Shown: piece after piece, positions 48,997-56,527 of the stretch
Layout: every line of letters starts with the position of its first letter
How positions within the stretch are numbered: the stretch's first letter is position 1
DNA from: Phycisphaerales bacterium
GTDB lineage: Bacteria > Planctomycetota > Phycisphaerae > Phycisphaerales > UBA1924
Direction: 5' to 3'
Assembly: GCA_965227775.1 (NCBI GenBank)
Contig: OZ245777.1
Location: 2,016,001-2,080,000 of the forward strand
DNA length: 64,000 nt
Position numbers and translations under genes: made by a program
Notes under the pieces: model-generated
Database searches by the model: none
The model's input: the letters and a program-made list of their open reading frames with translations, nothing else
What the model was told of the DNA's origin: nothing

Positions 48997-49671
48997 ATGT
49001 CGATCACACCGCAGAAGCTGTTGCAACGCCTCGAGTTCTACGAGCAGCGCGCCCCCGGCTGGGTCACCAACGCGTCAACGATCGGCCTGACGACCGAGCA
49101 GGCCACGCAGCTGCAGAACCTGGTCACCGGCACACGCACCGCGTACGACGACGCGCAGGCGGCACGCAACGCCGCCAAGAGCGCGACCGTCACCCAGGAC
49201 GCCGCCTTCGACGCCATGGACACGTTCGGCGCCCAGATGATCAAGATCATCCGCGCCTTCGGCCTGGCGACCGATGACCCGAGCGTGTTCGCGACGGCGC
49301 AGATCCCCGAGCCCAAGCAGCCCGAGCCGCGGGCGCCCGTCAACCCCAGCAACGTGACGTTCGACCTGGTCGAGAACGGGGCCCTCGAAGTTCGCTGGGA
49401 CGGCCTGACCATCCCCGGCACGACCTACCTCGTCGATCGCCAGACGTGGAGCGGCACCGGCCAGCCGACGGGCTTCGCCCGCATCGCCACCGTGAGCGAG
49501 CGGCGCTTCGTCGACACCAACATCCCGACCGGCACCGCGACGGCGACGTACCGCGTGAGCGCGCTCAAGGGCGGCCAGCAGACCGCCGGCGCGCAGAGCA
49601 CGGCCCACTTCGTGTTCGTGGGCAACGGGCAGGGCCAGCTCGTGACCGCGCCCGAGAGCGACGCGGCGTGA
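48997..49671 (+). CDS. Hypothetical protein: helical N-terminal domain plus FN3-like C-terminal domain
   Basis: AAGGA RBS; strong GC3 bias; PSNV...LEVRW...YLVDR...FVD...YRVSA pattern. Confidence 0.8.
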   Translation: MSITPQKLLQRLEFYEQRAPGWVTNASTIGLTTEQATQLQNLVTGTRTAYDDAQAARNAAKSATVTQDAAFDAMDTFGAQMIKIIRAFGLATDDPSVFATAQIPEPKQPEPRAPVNPSNVTFDLVENGALEVRWDGLTIPGTTYLVDRQTWSGTGQPTGFARIATVSERRFVDTNIPTGTATATYRVSALKGGQQTAGAQSTAHFVFVGNGQGQLVTAPESDAA

Positions 49672-49723
49672 GCTGAATCTGGAGTTGGGAGTGACTCGAG
49701 TCGGCCGTTCGCCGACGGTCGAC

Positions 49724-49767
49724 GCCCCGGCGGAGCGCCCCTGAGGACAGGGTCGCTGCGCCGGGGC
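49724..49767 (+). terminator. GC-rich hairpin downstream of the FN3-like gene (possible terminator)
   Basis: GCCCCGGCG...CCCTG-AGGA-CAGGG...CGCCGGGGC; weak U-tract. Confidence 0.45.
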
Positions 49768-49931
49768 TTGCTCTATAGAGATGTTCTTTGGCGCTCGCGG
49801 ACTCGCTTGCGGGCTTCGCCCGGGCCCTTGCGGGCCGCGCCTCCGCATGCGCTCTTCGCTCGGAGACTCGCTCGGCGGATGCTGCGGCGTTGGGACGCGG
49901 GGCGTCTACGGGCGCGGCTTCTGGGCCCGCC

Positions 49932-51248
49932 TCAGCCGTGTCCGGGCAGCGGGAACCCGCCGCAGAGCTGCCGCACCTCGTCGCGCACCGCCGACGCCTC
50001 GGCGTCGAGCTCGGCCTCGCCCTTCAGCCCCGCGCTCAGCACGCGGTCGATGAAGCCGGCGATCTGTTGCATCTCGGCCTCGCCGAAGCCGCGGGTCGTC
50101 ACGGCGGCGGCGCCAAGCCGGATGCCGCTGGTGACCTTCGGCGGGCGGGGGTCCCGCGGCACGCCGTTCTTGTTGCAGATCAGGCCGGCCTGCTCGAGCC
50201 AGACCTCGGCGTTGGCGCCAGTCAACTCGGCGTCCTTCGTGCGCAGATCGACCAGCATGAGGTGGTTGTCGGTGCCGCCGCTGGTGATGCGGTAGCCGTG
50301 CTCGACGAGCGCTGCGGCGAGCGCCTTGGCGTTGGCGACGACCTGCCGCACGTAGGCCCTGAACTCGGGCTTGAGCGCCTCGCCGAACGCGACGGCCTTG
50401 GCGGCGACGATGTGCATGAGCGGGCCGCCCTGCATGCCGGGGAAGACGGCGCGGTTGAGCTTCTTGATCATGTCCTCGTCGTTGGTCATGATCAGCCCGC
50501 CGCGCGGGCCGCGCAGCGTCTTGTGCGTGGTGGTCGTGACCAGGTGCGCGTGCGGGAACGGCGAGGGGTGCGCCCCGCCGGCGACGAGCCCGGCGATGTG
50601 CGCGATGTCGGCGAAGAGCAGCGCGCCGACCTCGTCGGCGATGGCGCGGAAGCGTTCGAAGTCGATCACGCGCGGGTAGGCCGAGTAGCCGCACATCAGG
50701 ATCTTGGGCTTGTGCTCGCGGCAGACCTCGGCGACCTTGTCGTAGTCGATCTGCTCGAACTGCGGGTGGCTCTCGTCATAGTGCAGCGGGTAGTGCACGG
50801 GGTTGAACCACTTGCCGCTCATGTTGACCTTCAGGCCATGGCTGAGATGCCCGCCGTCGGCGAGCACCAAGGACGCGAAGGTCTCGCCGGGCTTCAGCAG
50901 CGCGAGGAACGCGGCGGCGTTGGCCTGCGCGCCCGAGTGGGGCTGCACGTTGGCGTAGTTGCAGCCGAAGAGTTCCTTGGCGCGGTCGATGGCCAGCTGC
51001 TCGACGGCGTCGTGGTGCACGCAGCCGCCGTAGTAGCGGGCGCTCGGATAGCCCTCGGCGTACTTGTTGGTCATGCACGAGCCCGCGGCCGCCATGACCG
51101 CCGGCGAGGCGTGATTCTCGCTGGCGATCAGCTCGATGGTGGTGGCCTGACGCTCGGCCTCGGCGTCGATGATCGCGGCGACGTCGGGGTCCTGGCCGCG
51201 GATGAGGTCAACACCGGAGTCGTGCACGGAATGCTGGGCTGTGGTCAT
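49932..51248 (-). CDS. glyA: Serine hydroxymethyltransferase
   Basis: [35 protein letters not shown]. Confidence 0.97.
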   Translation of the reverse strand: MTTAQHSVHDSGVDLIRGQDPDVAAIIDAEAERQATTIELIASENHASPAVMAAAGSCMTNKYAEGYPSARYYGGCVHHDAVEQLAIDRAKELFGCNYANVQPHSGAQANAAAFLALLKPGETFASLVLADGGHLSHGLKVNMSGKWFNPVHYPLHYDESHPQFEQIDYDKVAEVCREHKPKILMCGYSAYPRVIDFERFRAIADEVGALLFADIAHIAGLVAGGAHPSPFPHAHLVTTTTHKTLRGPRGGLIMTNDEDMIKKLNRAVFPGMQGGPLMHIVAAKAVAFGEALKPEFRAYVRQVVANAKALAAALVEHGYRITSGGTDNHLMLVDLRTKDAELTGANAEVWLEQAGLICNKNGVPRDPRPPKVTSGIRLGAAAVTTRGFGEAEMQQIAGFIDRVLSAGLKGEAELDAEASAVRDEVRQLCGGFPLPGHG

Positions 51249-51285
51249 GCGTCCAGTATAGGTTTGGGGGCTCTACAGTGGCTCC

Positions 51286-52773
51286 ATGGGCGACCACGCC
51301 GGGACCATCCCTGAGCACCACCGTGAGACCCGGCACGAGGTCCGCAACTGGATCGGTGGCGCAGCCCGCGAGGCCTCGGCGGCGATCGACAACATCGATC
51401 CTGCGACCGGCCAGGCGATCGGCTCCGTGCCCGATTCGTCGCCGGCCGACGTCGACGCTGCCGTGCACGCCGCGACCGGAGCGTTCGACGAGTGGGCCGG
51501 TCTCTCGGGCGAAGACCGCGGTGCCATGCTGCACGCCCTGGCCGACGCAGTCGAATCCGACCTCGACCGATTCGCCCACGCCGAGTGCGTGGACAGCGGC
51601 AAGCCGATCTCGGTCGCGCGTTCGATCGACATCCCGCGCTCCGTGCGCAACCTGCGGTTCTTCGCCGCCGCAGCGAGCCAGCACGCCAGCGAGAGCCACG
51701 ACGTGCCTGCGCAGATGCTCGGGTACACGCTCCGCCAGCCCAAGGGCGTGGTGGGGGCCATCAGTCCGTGGAACCTGCCGCTGTACTTGCTCACCTGGAA
51801 GATCGCCCCCGCGCTCGCGGCGGGGTGCACGGTGGTCGCCAAGCCCAGCGAGCTGACGCCGACCACCGCGAGCATGCTGGGCGAGAAGGCCGCCGGCGTG
51901 CTGCCGCCGGGCGTGCTGAACATCGTGCATGGCCGCGGTGAGCCTGCGGGCGCCAGCCTCGTGACGCACCCGGGTGTGGCGGCCGTGACGTTCACCGGTT
52001 CGACCAAGGTTGGCCGCTGGATCGGCGAGACCTGCGGGCGAGACCTGAAGCCGTGCTCGCTCGAACTCGGCGGCAAAAACCCGTTCGTGGTGTTCGACGA
52101 TGCGAACATCGCGCAGGTGTCGCAGCACATTGCCCGCGCTGCCTTCAGCAACCAGGGCCAGATCTGCCTGTGCGGATCCCGAGTGCTCGTGCAAGCGGGC
52201 GTGTACGACGCGATCGTCGACCGGTTGGTTACGGATGCTGGGGCGCTCGCGGCGGGAGATCCGCTCGATAATGACACGCGATTTGGTTCGCTCGTGAGCC
52301 ACGACCATCGAGACAAGGTCGCCGGCTACGTAGAGCATGCCGTAGCCGATGGAGCCCGCGTGCTCGTCGGCGGTAGGGCGCCCGAGGCGCTCCCGGACCG
52401 TGTGCGAGACGGTGCGTTCTATCTTCCCACCGTCCTCGACGGCGTCCGCCAGGACTGCACGATCATCCAGGAAGAAGTCTTTGGCCCCGTGTGCACGGTG
52501 CAGAAGTTCGAGACCGAGGCCGAGGCAATCGCGCTAGCCAATGGCACGCCGTACGGTCTGGCCGCGAGCGTGTGGACGCAGGACCTGACGCGGGCCCATC
52601 GCGTAAGTGCGGCGCTCGAGAGCGGCATCGTGTGGGTGAATTGCTGGATGCTCCGCGACCTGCGTACCCCGTTCGGCGGCGTGAAGCAGAGCGGCGTGGG
52701 ACGCGAGGGCGGATGGGAAGCCATGCGCTTCTTCACCGAGCCCAAGAGCGTGACGATCAACCTCGGGGAGTGA
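51286..52773 (+). CDS. Aldehyde dehydrogenase (2-aminomuconate semialdehyde dehydrogenase-like)
   Basis: SPWNLPLYLLTWK, ELGGKNP, GQICLCGSR, NCWMLRDLRTPFGG. Confidence 0.9.
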   Translation: MGDHAGTIPEHHRETRHEVRNWIGGAAREASAAIDNIDPATGQAIGSVPDSSPADVDAAVHAATGAFDEWAGLSGEDRGAMLHALADAVESDLDRFAHAECVDSGKPISVARSIDIPRSVRNLRFFAAAASQHASESHDVPAQMLGYTLRQPKGVVGAISPWNLPLYLLTWKIAPALAAGCTVVAKPSELTPTTASMLGEKAAGVLPPGVLNIVHGRGEPAGASLVTHPGVAAVTFTGSTKVGRWIGETCGRDLKPCSLELGGKNPFVVFDDANIAQVSQHIARAAFSNQGQICLCGSRVLVQAGVYDAIVDRLVTDAGALAAGDPLDNDTRFGSLVSHDHRDKVAGYVEHAVADGARVLVGGRAPEALPDRVRDGAFYLPTVLDGVRQDCTIIQEEVFGPVCTVQKFETEAEAIALANGTPYGLAASVWTQDLTRAHRVSAALESGIVWVNCWMLRDLRTPFGGVKQSGVGREGGWEAMRFFTEPKSVTINLGE

Positions 52774-52776
52774 CTC

Positions 52777-53220
52777 TTGTCAGATCGAATCTCAACCGAT
52801 GCAGCGCCCAAGCCCGTCGGCGCCTACCCGCACGCACGACGCGTCGGCGACCTGCTCTTCTGCTCGGGCGTCGGCCCGCGAAAGCCGGGTGAGAACACCG
52901 TGCCGGGTGTCACCCTCGACGATGCCGGCAATCTGGTTGACTACGACTTCGAGGCGCAATGCCGAGCGTGCTTCGAGAACGTGCGGACCGTGGTCGAGGC
53001 CGGTGGGGCCCGCTTCGAGGACGTCCTCGACGTTCAGGTGTACCTGACGGACATCCCGCGCGACTTTGCGGCCTTCAACGCGCTCTGGAAGGACTTCTTT
53101 GCGGGCGAGGGAAAACCCAACCCGTGCCGCACGACCATCGAGGTCAGCCGGCTGCCCAAGGGCGGAAACGCCCCGATCGCTGTGGAACTGAAGGTCGTCG
53201 CCCAGATTCGCGGCGGCTGA
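52777..53220 (+). CDS. RidA-family protein (2-aminomuconate deaminase-like)
   Basis: PKPVGAYPHARRVG, PCRTTIE, IAVELK; adjacent to the ALDH gene. Confidence 0.85.
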   Translation: MSDRISTDAAPKPVGAYPHARRVGDLLFCSGVGPRKPGENTVPGVTLDDAGNLVDYDFEAQCRACFENVRTVVEAGGARFEDVLDVQVYLTDIPRDFAAFNALWKDFFAGEGKPNPCRTTIEVSRLPKGGNAPIAVELKVVAQIRGG

Positions 53221-53324
53221 CGGTCGGCGAGGGCCGAAAACCTGAATAGAGCGCGCAAGGAACTGGTTTCAAGGCCGACCCAACGGTCAATCGCGTTACA
53301 ATTGCTCGAGAGGAGATCCGCCGT

Positions 53325-54134
53325 ATGCGTCGCACCCTGACCGCTGCCTGCCTGACTTCCCTTGTGGCTTCCACTGCCGTCGCCCAATCGACCGCCACCT
53401 ATCGCGTGACGTTCGATGCGACATGGTCGGAAGCAACGCACCCAGTCGATTTCCCGCGAGATCCGCACTTCTCGCCGCTCGTGGGCGCGACCCATAGCGA
53501 GCCGGGCCTCATCTGGGAGGCCGGCCAGCTGGCAAGCCCGGGCATGGAGGTCATGGCTGAGACCGGTAGCACCTCGCTCCTGCTCTTCGAGATTTCCCAG
53601 ATGGCGACGGATGGCATGATCGGGACCGACATCGTCGGCGGGCCCATCCGCCTGAGCCCGGGCAGCGCCTCCGTGACCTTTGAGACCTCCAGTGAGTACT
53701 CGCTGCTCACCCTCGTGACGATGATCGCGCCGAGCCCAGATTGGTACGTCGGCACGCAGGGTCTGGACCTTCGTGACGACGGCCGCTGGCGCGAGAGCAT
53801 CGTGTTCGAGCTGTGGCCCTATGACTCGGGCACCGACTCGGGCGTGACCTACACCTCGCCGAACCAGGACACGAACCCGGCAGAGCCGATCCGTCGCATC
53901 GCCGACGAGTTCCCCTTTACGGGCACACCCTCCCTGGGCACGTACACGATCGAACTCTTGAGCGTCGAGTGCGTCGCCGAGCTCGATGGTGACGGCGTCC
54001 TGACCATCTTCGACTTCCTCGAGTTCTCCAACCTGTTCGATGCAGGCGATCTGCGTGCCGACCTCGACGGAGACGGCTCTCTGACCATCTTCGACTTCCT
54101 CGCGTATCAGGACGCGTTCGCCGACGGCTGCTGA
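53325..54134 (+). CDS. Secreted Spondin_N-domain protein with GC-type dockerin
   Basis: HFSPLVGATH, ASPGM..MAETG, TMIAPSPDW, YDSGTDSG; dockerin tail. Confidence 0.88.
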   Translation: MRRTLTAACLTSLVASTAVAQSTATYRVTFDATWSEATHPVDFPRDPHFSPLVGATHSEPGLIWEAGQLASPGMEVMAETGSTSLLLFEISQMATDGMIGTDIVGGPIRLSPGSASVTFETSSEYSLLTLVTMIAPSPDWYVGTQGLDLRDDGRWRESIVFELWPYDSGTDSGVTYTSPNQDTNPAEPIRRIADEFPFTGTPSLGTYTIELLSVECVAELDGDGVLTIFDFLEFSNLFDAGDLRADLDGDGSLTIFDFLAYQDAFADGC

Positions 54135-54176
54135 CGCGCTCGGGCCGGGCCGGGGGAAGCGCGTCTACCCTCGGCC

Positions 54177-55598
54177 ATGCCCGTCCCGACCTCAAGCTCG
54201 ACAAGCCAGATCACCCTTTCACTCGACACGACCCGCTGCCTGAGCGCGGCCGTGCACGATCACGGACTCGACCCTGACGTGCTCGCGGCCGACGGGCCGG
54301 CGTCACACGCCGCGACTGTGCTGACACAACGGCTCGAAGCCTCTCGCGGCACAAGGTGGGAGCGGTGGCGCTTGTTGACCGAGGGGGCCATGCGCGACGA
54401 GCACGTCGAGGCCGTCAACGCAATCGCCAAGAAATACGAGGGGCAGCTCGACAACGTCGTGGTACTCGGCATCGGCGGCAGTGCCCTGGGCAACATCGCC
54501 CTGCAGAGCGCGCTCAACCCACTCACGCATAACCTCTCGCGCGATCGAACGCACCCGCGGCTGTTCGTGCTCGACAATGCCGACCCGGTGCTGTTCCACC
54601 AGACGATCTCGTTCATCACGAGCGAAGATCCCAAGTTCGAACGCACGCTGTTCGTCGTCATCAGCAAGAGCGGTGAGACCGCCGAGACAGCGGCCCAGTT
54701 CCTCATCGTGCGCGACATGCTGCAGAAGGCGCGCGGCGATGGCCATGCAGACAGGTTGATCGCCGTCACCGATCCCGAAAAAGGCACGATGCGGCGCCTG
54801 TGCGATGCTGCGGGCTACGAGACGCTACCGGTACCCGAAGGCGTTGGGGGCCGTTTCAGCGCGCTCAGCCCGGTTGGTCTGATCTCGTGCGCCCTTTGCG
54901 GCATCGATATCGATGGCTTGCTCGATGGTGCCGCCGCGATGGAGCGGGCGTGCCGACGAGAAGACCTGCATGTGAACCCCGCCGCGATGCTCGCGACGGT
55001 GCTCGTCGAGCTGGGCCAGCGGCAGGGCAAGACGGTGCACGTCATGATGCCCTACGCCAACCAGCTCTACCTGATGGCCGACTGGTGGCGGCAGCTCTGG
55101 GCCGAGAGCCTCGGCAAGGTCGTCAAGGGCGTGCAGGGCATCACGCATGCCGGCTTCACGCCTGTAAAGGCCCTGGGCGCGACCGACCAGCACAGCCAGG
55201 TGCAGCTCTACCGCGAGGGGCCCAACGACAAGGTCGTCATCTTCCTCGAGGTCGAGAATTTCGCGCACGAGGCGCCCATTCCAGCTGGCTTGGGCGAAGA
55301 AGCGCTGGCGTACCTCGAGGGTTCGAGCCTCGCGAATCTCCTTAGCGCCGAGAAGAAGGCCACCGAGTTCGCGCTCACCGAGAGCCGTCGGCCGAATCTC
55401 ACGATCCGATTCCCCGAAGTCACGCCACATGCGATCGGCGAGTTCATGATGCTCTGGCAGATGGCAACAGCGTACGCGGGCCTCATGCTGGGCGTCGATG
55501 CGTACGACCAGCCGGCCGTGGAGCTTGGCAAGAAGGCGACATTTGCGTTGATGGGCAAGCAGGGGTTCGAGGAACTGCGGGGGAGGATGGGGAGCTAG
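54177..55598 (+). CDS. pgi: Glucose-6-phosphate isomerase
   Basis: GIGGSALG, SKSGETAET, GGRFS, QLWAESLGK, DQPAVELGK. Confidence 0.95.
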   Translation: MPVPTSSSTSQITLSLDTTRCLSAAVHDHGLDPDVLAADGPASHAATVLTQRLEASRGTRWERWRLLTEGAMRDEHVEAVNAIAKKYEGQLDNVVVLGIGGSALGNIALQSALNPLTHNLSRDRTHPRLFVLDNADPVLFHQTISFITSEDPKFERTLFVVISKSGETAETAAQFLIVRDMLQKARGDGHADRLIAVTDPEKGTMRRLCDAAGYETLPVPEGVGGRFSALSPVGLISCALCGIDIDGLLDGAAAMERACRREDLHVNPAAMLATVLVELGQRQGKTVHVMMPYANQLYLMADWWRQLWAESLGKVVKGVQGITHAGFTPVKALGATDQHSQVQLYREGPNDKVVIFLEVENFAHEAPIPAGLGEEALAYLEGSSLANLLSAEKKATEFALTESRRPNLTIRFPEVTPHAIGEFMMLWQMATAYAGLMLGVDAYDQPAVELGKKATFALMGKQGFEELRGRMGS

Positions 55599-55606
55599 CG
55601 TGTGGC

Positions 55607-56104
55607 ATGGCTCGCACGCATCGAGGATCCATATCCGGAGTGTTTGAGGATGACAGAGGACATCCCGCTGGCCTTATTGATTGGTCCGCGGCCGCAAGAT
55701 ATGGAGTTGTTTCCTCGTGGCGAGAGAGATTCGTCGCAATCGCATTCCTCTCTGGGATTCTCGGCTATCTTCCGTTCATTGTCGTTACGTTCACCAATCC
55801 CGCAGGTAAGCTTCATCCAACAGTGAAAGCCAGCATGGTGGTTGGGACCTTGTGCTTCATCGCGAGTGCTCCCATTCTGGTGCGGTGGCGTCATGAACTG
55901 CGCAGTGGATCACAGAAGCAGGCGCGAAAGCAAGCGCGAAGGCAGGATCGACAAGTCGTTCATGGCATGCTCGCTCAAGGTCGATGCCCGTCGTGTACCT
56001 ACACCTTGAACGGCCTCGCCTCCGAACCAGACAACTGCATCCAATGCCCCGAGTGCGGCGCCGCGTGGAAGGCCGAACGTGTGGGCAAGCGAGCACGGTC
56101 GTAG
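55607..56104 (+). CDS. Two-TM protein with C-terminal zinc ribbon
   Basis: Two TMs then CPSCTYTLNGL...CPECG; visibly lower GC than the flanks. Confidence 0.75.
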   Translation: MARTHRGSISGVFEDDRGHPAGLIDWSAAARYGVVSSWRERFVAIAFLSGILGYLPFIVVTFTNPAGKLHPTVKASMVVGTLCFIASAPILVRWRHELRSGSQKQARKQARRQDRQVVHGMLAQGRCPSCTYTLNGLASEPDNCIQCPECGAAWKAERVGKRARS

Positions 56105-56112
56105 ACTACGCC

Positions 56113-56469
56113 ATGTCCACCCACACCCTCCACACCCTCGCCGATCTGCCAATCGACCAGCCCATGCCGCGCATCGACCGCCAGCGGATCATCGGCCAGC
56201 GGATGATGATCAGCGCCATCACGCTGCACGCTGGCTTCGAGGTCGCCAGCCACAGCCACGAGAATGAGCAGATGGTGGTCATGCTCGAGGGAAGCGCCGA
56301 ATTCACGATCGGTGAGGGGAAATCCGCCGAGGCGGTTGTAGTCGAGGCCGGGCAGGTGCTGGTGTTGCCGCCGCACCTGCCGCACGGCTGCAAGGTGGCC
56401 GAGGGCTGCCGGTTGCTGGACTTGTTCAGCCCGGTGAGCGAGAAGACGGGCGTGGACGCCCACGACTAG
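56113..56469 (+). CDS. Cupin domain protein
   Basis: HSHENEQ...PPHLPHG...DLFSP. Confidence 0.88.
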   Translation: MSTHTLHTLADLPIDQPMPRIDRQRIIGQRMMISAITLHAGFEVASHSHENEQMVVMLEGSAEFTIGEGKSAEAVVVEAGQVLVLPPHLPHGCKVAEGCRLLDLFSPVSEKTGVDAHD

Positions 56470-56527
56470 TCCGCTGCGGAATCGCGGTGGCACGGGTAGG
56501 GGCGCTCGCGCATCCCTATCCTGAGAT

